A stretch of DNA of 31,197 nucleotides. Origin: a virus. Position 1 is the first letter of the stretch. Every line of letters begins with the position of its first letter. The stretch is taken from the IMG/VR virus record IMGVR_UViG_3300048609_000070. One strand, written 5' to 3'. Under the pieces are notes generated by a model. It made no database searches. It was given only the letters and a program-made list of their open reading frames with translations, and had not been told where the DNA came from. The translations under genes and the position numbers were made by a program. Positions 1-8,096 of the stretch are shown here, one piece after another.

Positions 1-501
1 GACCTCCAAGTCGTCTTGGTTCCGGTAGAGCACGAGCCCTTCGTCGCCCTTTCGGAGCGTCCAGATCTCGTGGACGTTGCCCGTCGAATCCGCCGCACGC
101 TTGTAGAGGCCAGTCCCGATGGCTTTGAACTCGGGAGGGATCTTTTCAATACTCTCAACTGGGATGCTCTCCACGGAGGGCGTCAACACGAGCATGATGA
201 TGCCGTCGTCTTGGTCCACGTTGGTCAGGGGCCAGTCGATTTCGTGCTGGGGGTAGCTCTCCGCAGCAATTGCCATGAGATCTCTTTCAGTAGGGAGCTT
301 CAACTCTTTCGCGTATCGAACGGTCACGGAGAAGCGATTCTTTGGTCTTCCATCAACAGCAATCATTTTCAGATCAGCCCTGTATCCTTTGGCAGTCAAC
401 CATTTTTTGAGACTATCCATGAACCTTTTTTCTTCTGCATCTTTGTGAAGCGGTGTATTTTGAATCGCTGACCGAACACGTTTCATTATGCTATTCGCCA
501 T
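1..501 (-). CDS. Hypothetical protein, N-terminal ~167 codons only. The ORF runs off the window start with no stop. Predicted start MANSIMKRVRSAIQ...
   Basis: Manual reverse-complement translation of 507..1 is open throughout (MSMANSIMKRV...LVLYRNQDDLEV). AGGAGA lies 7 nt upstream of the second ATG at 501. Orientation matches all neighbours. The ORF track missed it because it has no in-window stop. Confidence 0.45.
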   Translation of the reverse strand, partial: MANSIMKRVRSAIQNTPLHKDAEEKRFMDSLKKWLTAKGYRADLKMIAVDGRPKNRFSVTVRYAKELKLPTERDLMAIAAESYPQHEIDWPLTNVDQDDGIIMLVLTPSVESIPVESIEKIPPEFKAIGTGLYKRAADSTGNVHEIWTLRKGDEGLVLYRNQDDLEV

Positions 502-1000
502 AGACATTCTCCTTGTCTTCTTTTTCAGTTTTCAATGCTAGATTATTTTCAAGTTCTTTTTTTCTTGCTATTTTTTTAGTGTACGTATCTCTTCTTTTTC
601 CAACTGCATTGACAGCCATGAATTCTGCATGATTATTACTTCCGTATTTAGCAACAATGGAATAGAAGTAAGGAATAGAAAGTCCAAGAGCATTGCATTG
701 TGCTTTTATGTTACCATACATCTTTGTAGTCAGTTTTAATATTTCAACAATGTCGATGCCAAATTCATCTTCAAGTTTGATTATTTTTCTGGGTTTGAAT
801 TTAAAGCACTTTCGGCTGCACCATAAATAAGGTCGCAGCCGACGTTGGATGCTAACATTCGTGATTGGTTGTTTACAGACAGCACATTTTGGGATCTCGT
901 CATTAATGATCCAATTCTTTAGTATTTCATTTTCAGTTACCAGCCTTGCAACTTCGCTAATGATATGTTTTTCGATGACATCATCTTCTTGATATAGCAT
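491..1000 (-). CDS. Hypothetical zinc-ribbon protein (C-x2-C...C-x3-C) with a basic C-terminal tail.
   Basis: 169-aa ORF. Motif CAVCKQP...WCSRKC. AAGGA ribosome-binding site 8 nt upstream. No recognisable catalytic motifs. Confidence 0.6.
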   Translation of the reverse strand: MLYQEDDVIEKHIISEVARLVTENEILKNWIINDEIPKCAVCKQPITNVSIQRRLRPYLWCSRKCFKFKPRKIIKLEDEFGIDIVEILKLTTKMYGNIKAQCNALGLSIPYFYSIVAKYGSNNHAEFMAVNAVGKRRDTYTKKIARKKELENNLALKTEKEDKENVYGE

Positions 1001-1030
1001 GACTTTTCCTTAACATATTAAACTTGTGTT

Positions 1031-1306
1031 TCAATTAATGTCTTCCTTGGCTAATTTTACAGATTCCTTTCTCATTTTTATTAAAGCTATCTCGAATATA
1101 CGAATAACTTCTTGAAGTGGGAGGTTGACAACCTTTGAAATTTGCTCAAATGTCAAATTGACCCCAGGATTGTAATGCATAAATTCTGCAAGTAACCAGA
1201 AGCAATTATTAAAATTGGCGTCGTCGATGTACCATTCACATTGTCCACATTCGCAGGGTAGAAGAGGAAGGCTCTGTCTTCTCAGGCCGCATTTAGATAT
1301 GAACAT
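1031..1306 (-). CDS. Small Cys-rich protein with a C-terminal sigma-70 region-4-like helix-turn-helix. Putative transcription factor or sigma-4 mimic.
   Basis: 91 aa. The N-terminus carries C-x11-C-x-C-x2-C. The C-terminus LTFEQISKVVNLPLQEVIRIFEIALIKMRK resembles the sigma region 4.2 consensus (EEIAEILGIS..VKSRL.RAR.KLR). Confidence 0.55.
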   Translation of the reverse strand: MFISKCGLRRQSLPLLPCECGQCEWYIDDANFNNCFWLLAEFMHYNPGVNLTFEQISKVVNLPLQEVIRIFEIALIKMRKESVKLAKEDIN

Positions 1307-1362
1307 TTTAGTCCAAATTCGATCGCATTTTCCGGATAATACTTCGCAATGTACCAGGGGAT

Positions 1363-3315
1363 CTAGATGATGGTAAGAGAGGAGACACCATTTGTCAAGG
1401 ATACGTTCCAGAAGTTATCGACGATACGGGTATCCAGATCGCGGTGGGAGATTACTTTTACGGAAGTAGCACCAGATTCTTTTGCAATATCAACAACAAC
1501 TTTGAAAACCCTGTCTATTATTTCTTCGTCGAGATAATTGAACGCTTCATCAAGCCAAAGGCTAGAAACAGTCTTATTCGAGAGGGTCCTTGCTGTTTTC
1601 CAGACGCTCAGAAGGACGGCCAGGCCGACTTCTGTGACTTGTCCTCCAGAGCAGAGCTCAATTGGAATAGACTTGCTTTTGTCATGTACGAGAATCCCCA
1701 GCTTATCAAGCTTCCTTGTACCCGATGCGGCAAGCCGTTGCGAGACGAATTCCGCGTGGTACTTCCCATTGGAGATCTCCCGCATGATCTCGTCAAGGTG
1801 AAAATTCAATGTTTCTAGGATAAGATCAATCTTATAGAGTTTAGTTTTTTTGAACACATCGATGGCGGCTGCCAAGTATATCTTCTTCCTGTCCAATTTA
1901 CTTTTTTTGAATTCAAATTTTTTGATTTTTTCTTTTTTTTCTTCTACCAGCACGTTTAGTCGTTCTTTTGTCTCCTGTTGGGATGTAGCAGCTACCATTT
2001 TTGCTTTTGCATTGACCTTTGCAGATTCGATATCTGCAGCTTCCCGTTCTTGTTTATTTATAGTTGTTTCTATATAGTTTATTTTGTCATGCAAGGAACT
2101 CAACTGTTGGTTATCTTGGTAAGGAATGACACCTTGAGACAATAACGTTGATTTCATTTCTTCTTTTACTGCGAGATCTTTTTTTATATTTTCAAGTAAA
2201 TCGTGCTTTTTCTTTTTTTCTTCTAATTCGGAGGATTCTGCAGTTATCTCCCTGTACTTTTTTCTAAGATTGGCCAGTGTTTTAGTCACTCTTTCGACAC
2301 GGGCTGCATAATAACTATGTGGGACATTGACAGGACATACTTGTTGAGAGATTGGGCACATATTCGTATCGACTAAAATTTCAGAAGATTCTTTCTGCCG
2401 AATGCGCATGGCTTCGGTCAGCTCACCCTGTTTTTTCCTGAGAGAATAAAGTTTTGATTCTGATTCAGGATCAAAATCTTCTTTTATTTTTTCTAGTTTG
2501 CCTTTGATACACTGTATCTGATCTTCTGTAGTTTTCAATAGTGACCATTGTCTCTTTGAGTTTTCAAAGTTCTTTATTTTGACACGGAGATCTGTCCTTT
2601 CATCATTTAGCTTTCTAATTTTTTCCCTGCAATCCTTCTCTTCTATTGTTAGTCTACTTACTTCTTCATTGAGCGTCTTCAAATCAACCAACTCGAACCT
2701 ATCGACTTCCTCCTGAATCCTCTTTTGCTCTTCAAAACAAGTAGAACTATTGAATTCGATGGATAAAATTCTTTCGTGTATTTTATTTAGATAACCCTCT
2801 ACGGACTTTACAATCTGATCATAGATATCTAGTCCGAAGATGTTTACAAGCGTTTTGGCGCGCTCTCCAGGTGTTCCCTCGACAAGAAGTTGCGATTGTC
2901 GTTGTCCAAGAAAAGCAATCGATTTGAAATCCTCTGCACCAAGTCCCAACGCATCAATGATTATTTTTCTGGTCTCTGGATCGGTTTTTCCCATGACCTT
3001 TTCTTTATTTTTGTAGAACCAGAGTCCGTGATTGTCCCTTCCTCTTACTTCACGGATGAGGTATTGGTCCAGATCAATATCAAAGTATAACCGAATCTCA
3101 AATCCATTTTCATAGATCTTATTTGCAAGGCTATTGACACTATCCTTTCCTCGCAGGGTTTTACCATATAGCGCATAATAAATAGCTTCTATAATTGCTG
3201 ACTTTCCTGCTCCAATTTCTCCTTTGATAAGCGTGATGCCTGGCTCATCCAATGGCAGCTCAATTTTGTCGTAACTCAACCATCCATCTAAATACAGCCT
3301 TCGTAAGTGTAGCAT
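1363..3315 (-). CDS. sbcC: SbcC/Rad50-family SMC-like ATPase (phage gp46-like).
   Basis: Walker A GEIGAGKSA at the N-terminus. Long central coiled coil with a Cys pair (CPISQQVCP) as a putative zinc hook. C-terminal signature SGGQ plus Walker B LWLDEAF. Confidence 0.85.
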   Translation of the reverse strand: MLHLRRLYLDGWLSYDKIELPLDEPGITLIKGEIGAGKSAIIEAIYYALYGKTLRGKDSVNSLANKIYENGFEIRLYFDIDLDQYLIREVRGRDNHGLWFYKNKEKVMGKTDPETRKIIIDALGLGAEDFKSIAFLGQRQSQLLVEGTPGERAKTLVNIFGLDIYDQIVKSVEGYLNKIHERILSIEFNSSTCFEEQKRIQEEVDRFELVDLKTLNEEVSRLTIEEKDCREKIRKLNDERTDLRVKIKNFENSKRQWSLLKTTEDQIQCIKGKLEKIKEDFDPESESKLYSLRKKQGELTEAMRIRQKESSEILVDTNMCPISQQVCPVNVPHSYYAARVERVTKTLANLRKKYREITAESSELEEKKKKHDLLENIKKDLAVKEEMKSTLLSQGVIPYQDNQQLSSLHDKINYIETTINKQEREAADIESAKVNAKAKMVAATSQQETKERLNVLVEEKKEKIKKFEFKKSKLDRKKIYLAAAIDVFKKTKLYKIDLILETLNFHLDEIMREISNGKYHAEFVSQRLAASGTRKLDKLGILVHDKSKSIPIELCSGGQVTEVGLAVLLSVWKTARTLSNKTVSSLWLDEAFNYLDEEIIDRVFKVVVDIAKESGATSVKVISHRDLDTRIVDNFWNVSLTNGVSSLTII

Positions 3316-4403
3316 TATGACTCCAGAATAAACTTTCCACAGAACTTGATAAGCTTCTCTTGATCGAGGTCGTATCGTCCGTTTTCTACAACGATTCTTA
3401 CTTCATCTTGGATTGATTGAGCCCCCTTGATTTGTTTTGCCTCCAGTCTTGTACGGTCTTCCAAAATAGGGTTATTGTAAAATCTTACTTCCAAGTAATC
3501 CTTTTGGAGCGCTTCCCGGATACTTTGCTGGTCGATCTGGTTGTATGCTGAAATTGGAAGGTTGAACTTGACTTTCACGAAGTTTTGCGGCTGTACGTTT
3601 GATCGGACAAATCCAATGATGTCTCTCTCTGTAGCTTTTCCTGGAGTGTAGTCTATATCCAATGTTATTTTACGTGGAATACCCAATTGATGTATTTTTG
3701 CAGAAACAGAAGCAAGATTTTCTGTTGTTGAAGGCTCATCCAACTTTACAATAATAACTCCGGCAGTATCTGAATAGGTTTTATCGATTAAAGAACCCGG
3801 GTAGCCACAACGATCGTGCAGAAGAATAGGCTGATGGATATCACCAAGTGCTATATAATCGACTTTCGATTTATCCATCGCCTTTTCAGCGTTTCTTTCT
3901 GCCTGTGTCTTCTCGTTCAAGTTCTTTATGTCAAGTCCTGGGACAATTCCATGCCAGCAGCCAATACAGAACTTATTCTTCTCCCGGGTATTGACGTAAA
4001 AATCCTCCCATTCTTTGACGGCGCAGAAATCAATAAAGTTGCTATTGATGAGGATAACACGCGATTCTCCAGGTTCCAAAACATCGATATTGTCTAGCTT
4101 TTTTTCCTTTTCCAAGATCTTTAGGTATATTAATGAATGATAGCTTTTTGCTTTATCCGTGTAGTCATGATTACCAATGGTGAAAACCCAATGAACAGGC
4201 ATTTCAATGATTGTTTTTAGAAGAAGATCTTTTACTTTTTGGTCTGGTCTCGGTTGGTCAAAAATATCACCGGCGCACAAAATAATGTCTATTTTGCTGC
4301 CGATGACAAGGGAGCGTAATTCATGGAGAGCAGTCTCAAAGTAGGAAGGGGGCACTCCCGGCGCCCCCAGTTGCCAATCCGCCGTATGCAAAAGCCTAAT
4401 CAT
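3315..4403 (-). CDS. sbcD: SbcD/Mre11-family calcineurin-like phosphoesterase nuclease (phage gp47-like).
   Basis: Motifs HTADWQLG, GDIFD, GNHD, CWHG and GDIHQ in canonical order. Its start overlaps the sbcC stop by 1 nt (translational coupling). GGAG ribosome-binding site upstream. Confidence 0.85.
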   Translation of the reverse strand: MIRLLHTADWQLGAPGVPPSYFETALHELRSLVIGSKIDIILCAGDIFDQPRPDQKVKDLLLKTIIEMPVHWVFTIGNHDYTDKAKSYHSLIYLKILEKEKKLDNIDVLEPGESRVILINSNFIDFCAVKEWEDFYVNTREKNKFCIGCWHGIVPGLDIKNLNEKTQAERNAEKAMDKSKVDYIALGDIHQPILLHDRCGYPGSLIDKTYSDTAGVIIVKLDEPSTTENLASVSAKIHQLGIPRKITLDIDYTPGKATERDIIGFVRSNVQPQNFVKVKFNLPISAYNQIDQQSIREALQKDYLEVRFYNNPILEDRTRLEAKQIKGAQSIQDEVRIVVENGRYDLDQEKLIKFCGKFILES

Positions 4404-5166
4404 CGTCCTCGTCTTCGTCGTCTAGGTCGAACAGATCGTCATCGTCATCATCCCTCTTGTCTTTTTTCTTTGGTTTATCTTCTTCCTTGGCTCTCTTGCG
4501 AGGTTTGTCCTCCTCGTCTTCGTCCTCCTCTTCCTCCTGATGATCGATCATATCGTCATCGACATCATGACGTTTACTCGGCTTCTTTTCATCCCTCTTT
4601 TTCTTTGGCTTTTGTTCTCCTTCGTCCTCGTCGTCTTCAGTATGCTTCCTTTTTGTCTTTCGTTCTCCGTCGTCTTCGTCATCTTCGGTATGCTTCTTTT
4701 TCTTTGTCTTTCGTTCTCCTACGTCCTCGTCGTCCTCAACAGTCTTCTTTTTTGCTTTCAGGGGCTTCACTGAGATGATCTTGGAATTAATACTTCCGTC
4801 TTCTTTTTCATCGTCTGCAACTGTGATCCGGACACCCGCGCCGATGGCGTCTTCAAGATCGACTTCATCGTCATCGTCATCATCGACGTCAAGTCCAGCA
4901 GCTTTTGCCCACTTGCCAAGCTTATTTTTTGCGGTTATAGGCGGGTGTGCCCACCCAAGAAGTCTAAACTCACCCCGGATTGGCGCCTCCTCCAGCATGG
5001 GCTTCAAGATCTTGAACGACCAAACATAGCAGTCTCCATCTCCAAATTTTGAAGGTTGCCCTTTGATATCTTCTACGATAGCGTCATAAGCTCCCTCATC
5101 AAGACGAAAGCTACCGCTTCCTTTCTTTACCTTGAGGCCAATTGTTTTAGTCCCTTTGTGCAACAT
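4396..5166 (-). CDS. Highly charged low-complexity protein: a globular N-terminal ~95 aa followed by alternating poly-Asp/Glu and poly-Lys repeats.
   Basis: 256-aa ORF. Perfect AAAGGAG ribosome-binding site 7 nt upstream. About 19-aa units (KTKKKKHTEDDEDDGER and similar) are encoded by ~57-nt tandem repeats. The plus-strand ORFs here are antisense artefacts. Confidence 0.6.
   Translation of the reverse strand: MLHKGTKTIGLKVKKGSGSFRLDEGAYDAIVEDIKGQPSKFGDGDCYVWSFKILKPMLEEAPIRGEFRLLGWAHPPITAKNKLGKWAKAAGLDVDDDDDDEVDLEDAIGAGVRITVADDEKEDGSINSKIISVKPLKAKKKTVEDDEDVGERKTKKKKHTEDDEDDGERKTKRKHTEDDEDEGEQKPKKKRDEKKPSKRHDVDDDMIDHQEEEEDEDEEDKPRKRAKEEDKPKKKDKRDDDDDDLFDLDDEDEDDD
4605..4760 (-). repeat. Tandem ~57-nt coding repeats (about 3 units) inside the acidic/basic protein gene.
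   Basis: Repeated ...ttcgtcatcttcggtatgcttc(t/c)ttttt(g/c)tctttcgttctcc... units are visible directly in the sequence. Confidence 0.5.
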
Positions 5167-5180
5167 GCGTGATCTCCTTT

Positions 5181-5774
5181 TTACTTTTTGTAGTATTCCT
5201 GCTCCAATGCCAATGCTTTTACCTGTTTTCCAAGTGTCGTCATTACAAGTTGCAGATCTTTTTTCTTGGATTCAACGATACGATAAAACGATTGTGCCTC
5301 CTCCGCTGCAAGTTTAACTTCGCTTAGCTTACGGTATTCCCTGAGAAGCCGCTTTCTTACTTCTGCTTGTTGTATCCTGAGGTTCCTTAATTCGGAAATT
5401 TCATCTCTTGTCCAGAGCTTTGCTTCCTTGTTCTCAATATACTCCTCCAAGGCAGTCTGGATGCGTTTCCATCGCGAAGCGTTATCTGTAGCAAGCATTC
5501 CAATGGCAGTTGCCCGAGAGTAATAGCTTTGCGCCTTTGCATAGGTTTCAGTAATATCGGACGATGACTTTATGTCTGGATTACGCGGAATCTCGACCGT
5601 ATAATCTTGCATCTCTTTGATGTAGTCAGCATAGTCGAGTGCTACATGTTTGGCCAGAAATAACTCTTGTTTGAAAATGTTTATTCTCTCTTTATTTCCT
5701 ATTTCCAGCACGTCATTGGAAAGGATATGGTTAAGCTTATCCTCTGGTTTTGTTTTTATCTTCTTGACTTTCAC
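5181..5774 (-). CDS. Hypothetical coiled-coil protein.
   Basis: 197-aa ORF in the minus-strand operon context. Heptad-like, charged sequence. No recognisable motif. Confidence 0.5.
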   Translation of the reverse strand: MKVKKIKTKPEDKLNHILSNDVLEIGNKERINIFKQELFLAKHVALDYADYIKEMQDYTVEIPRNPDIKSSSDITETYAKAQSYYSRATAIGMLATDNASRWKRIQTALEEYIENKEAKLWTRDEISELRNLRIQQAEVRKRLLREYRKLSEVKLAAEEAQSFYRIVESKKKDLQLVMTTLGKQVKALALEQEYYKK

Positions 5775-6079
5775 GTGAATTCCTTCAACCGCCCTTCAGT
5801 TTTTAGAATTTTTTTCTCTAGTTTTTCAGCACGCTTGACAGAGCGAACGGCACTCTTGACACTTCGTCCGTGTTCACTCTTTTCAATCGCGGTCAAAATG
5901 TTTTTTTCTAGCCCGGAGATAACCTCTTGCATCAATTCGCCACTTCTTTCCTTGAGGAATTTAGGATCGATATTGTCAGGATAGGAACGTTCACGTTGCT
6001 CTCCAAAGCTGACACTAAAGATCGTTCCGTCTGGAAACTTCTTGCAAAAGGTACAATCCATGGTCTTTTTAATTTTCAC
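5771..6079 (-). CDS. Hypothetical small basic protein.
   Basis: 102-aa ORF with start/stop overlaps to both neighbours. CTFCKK pair near the N-terminus, Lys-rich C-terminus. Confidence 0.45.
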   Translation of the reverse strand: MKIKKTMDCTFCKKFPDGTIFSVSFGEQRERSYPDNIDPKFLKERSGELMQEVISGLEKNILTAIEKSEHGRSVKSAVRSVKRAEKLEKKILKTEGRLKEFT

Positions 6080-8096
6080 AGTTACCCTCTGCTTTCCTTA
6101 CTTCAGAAAGTATAGTTTTATAGGCATCTCTGTTTTTTTCCAAGAATTCGCTGACTACAAAAACTCCTTTACCAAGTATTTCGTCCCCATATTTGATAGT
6201 TGATGCCTGTTGGTCGAGGATGTCCAATGCCAATGCCTGTTCAACGAGCTCTAATTCCTTATAAAAACCCTTGCCAAAGATAATCTTTGTCTCGATTGAC
6301 CGGAAGGGTGGTGCAAGCTTATTTTTAGTTATCTTTATTTTTACTTCATTTCCAATTACCCTGTCTTGTCTTTTGATCTGCCCAATTGCCCTGATGTCTA
6401 TACGGACACTCGAAAGAAATTTTAGCGCATTTCCACCGGGTGTAATTTCATTCGGACCAAACCCAAATCCTCCAATCTTTTGTCGAATTTGATTAATGAA
6501 GATGATAAGCGTATTTGATTTTGACGCAATTCCAATCAATTTTCTGAGGGCTTTTCCCATGATTCGGGCCTGAAGTCCCATTTGCTGATCTTCCATTTCT
6601 CCGTCAATTTCTGCTTTTGGAACTAATGCTGCAACAGAATCAACAACAGCAATATCTATTTTCCGACTTTTTACGAGGTATTCGAGAATTGCAAGTCCCT
6701 GTTCACCATAGTCCGGCTGACTGATAATGAGTTTATCTTCTTTTACCCCTATCTTTTTTGCAAGTTGCAGATCTAAGGAGTGCTCCGCATCAATAAACGC
6801 GCCAAAGCTTCCCTTTTTCTGCGCTTCAGCAATGGTATGCAGCGCCAGCGTCGTGTTGTGCGTGATAACCCCATTTGCAACAAAGGAATGAGAATACTCC
6901 ATCTCGAAGTCGTAAGTCAGTTCCGGGGGTGCTTTCTCAACGGATGTGACCATATCATAATAGTAGTTTGCCTTCAGGATATCCACAGGGGTATTAATCT
7001 TTGAAAAATACTTATAATTTACACCGTTGAGCACGGAAATAATAGGATCCTCTCCTTTGATCTCCTCTTCTGGTTCTTCCTGATTGATTGTTCGAAAGAT
7101 TCCAAGGAATTGTTCTTCACGATCCTTCTTGGCAGTCCCGATTCTGGTATACAACGCTGGAAGATCCCGTTTCGCGATTGTAAGAAGCCATACGTCCTTT
7201 CCTTTTGTCAGCACCGACACGATCCCAAAATATATTTGGAGTATGAGCTTGACTTGATAAAGCATTTCCCAATTACCAGCAGAGACCTGGAAATTATTTT
7301 CATCCGTAATATTACCCAACGAATCCATCTGTCCTTTAATAAATTCTGCTACCAAGTTCTTAGGAAGCATCCGAACCTGCGATGGAATAGTTGTGCTTAG
7401 CATGCTACCAGACACGAGGTTGAATGCCTGAGAGATTCCATATTTTGCAACTGAATCAGGAAGGACCTTTTTTGGATTGAGCATTGCACCTAAAACATAG
7501 AATATATCTAACGTTCCAAGCGTTTTATGCGCCGCCACGTAATTGTTTCTTCGTGGGCATACAAGATAATGTCCAGTTTTTATTTGTGAAGATTCGATCC
7601 AAGATAGTTTGTCATAGAGTTCAAAAACAAGATGTGGATGGTTTGCTGTGCTGCTAATCACATGTCCCGATTTGGTACGTATCTTTAGAATGTCCTTCTT
7701 TCCATTGAATACAAATCTCTTGGTATCTTCGTACAGATCAAAACGGTTGAGTAAAGATATCTTCTTTTCTACGGACCCGGATGTAGCAATCGCTATTCCA
7801 CTTTTATCCATGATCTCTTTGATAGTCAAAAGACCTTGGGCTGTTGCAATATATGTGCTTTCAGGGAGACACTTTCCGGTCATTTGCGGACCATAGATCT
7901 CAACAATTCTTCCACGAGGAAACCCACCAATGCCAAGCGCCTTATTTAGAAGAAGAGACCCTGTAGGAATCACATCTACCTTTTGTGGTCGTTCATTGAG
8001 GAATAACACACACTCTTTACCGTAACGTTTTTGAAGCGCTGCAGTAATTTCGTTCATATTTTTATCGGAGAGGTCCGATTTCTTATTTTTTGACAT
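6069..8096 (-). CDS. recA: RecA/UvsX-family recombinase interrupted by an intein in the P-loop.
   Basis: Exteins rejoin as ALGIGGFPRGRIVEIYGPQMTGK|TTLALHTIAEAQKKG..., which is the RecA Walker A GPESSGKTT. Downstream RecA core motifs are present (VVDSVAAL, ARIMGKALRKL, IFINQIRQKIG). GGAGAAA ribosome-binding site. Confidence 0.9.
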   Translation of the reverse strand: MSKNKKSDLSDKNMNEITAALQKRYGKECVLFLNERPQKVDVIPTGSLLLNKALGIGGFPRGRIVEIYGPQMTGKCLPESTYIATAQGLLTIKEIMDKSGIAIATSGSVEKKISLLNRFDLYEDTKRFVFNGKKDILKIRTKSGHVISSTANHPHLVFELYDKLSWIESSQIKTGHYLVCPRRNNYVAAHKTLGTLDIFYVLGAMLNPKKVLPDSVAKYGISQAFNLVSGSMLSTTIPSQVRMLPKNLVAEFIKGQMDSLGNITDENNFQVSAGNWEMLYQVKLILQIYFGIVSVLTKGKDVWLLTIAKRDLPALYTRIGTAKKDREEQFLGIFRTINQEEPEEEIKGEDPIISVLNGVNYKYFSKINTPVDILKANYYYDMVTSVEKAPPELTYDFEMEYSHSFVANGVITHNTTLALHTIAEAQKKGSFGAFIDAEHSLDLQLAKKIGVKEDKLIISQPDYGEQGLAILEYLVKSRKIDIAVVDSVAALVPKAEIDGEMEDQQMGLQARIMGKALRKLIGIASKSNTLIIFINQIRQKIGGFGFGPNEITPGGNALKFLSSVRIDIRAIGQIKRQDRVIGNEVKIKITKNKLAPPFRSIETKIIFGKGFYKELELVEQALALDILDQQASTIKYGDEILGKGVFVVSEFLEKNRDAYKTILSEVRKAEGNCEN
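6855..7871 (-). mobile_element. Intein (339 aa) in RecA. It runs from Cys1 (CLPES...) to the terminal ...VITHN, with +1 Thr. It is large enough to carry a homing-endonuclease domain.
   Basis: Boundaries set by extein alignment to RecA consensus. Canonical intein N-terminal Cys and C-terminal His-Asn followed by Thr. Possible LAGLIDADG-like segments (FYVLGAMLNP, AEFIKGQMDSLGN). Confidence 0.75.

Noticed and set aside
16-471. 151-aa plus-strand ORF at the window start.
   Set aside because: The minus strand carries a longer open frame with a ribosome-binding site and consistent orientation. The C-terminus of the plus ORF is junk-like (PFFFCIFVKRCILNR).
1307-1362. Palindromic sites (CGATCG, TCCGGA) in the sbcC upstream gap, considered as a terminator or operator.
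   Set aside because: These are short restriction-site-like palindromes only. There is no stem-loop followed by a T-run.
4323-5029. Plus-strand ORFs of 151, 77 and 84 aa overlapping the acidic-basic protein gene.
   Set aside because: Antisense shadows of the repeat-rich minus-strand CDS. They are proline/arginine/leucine low-complexity with no ribosome-binding site.
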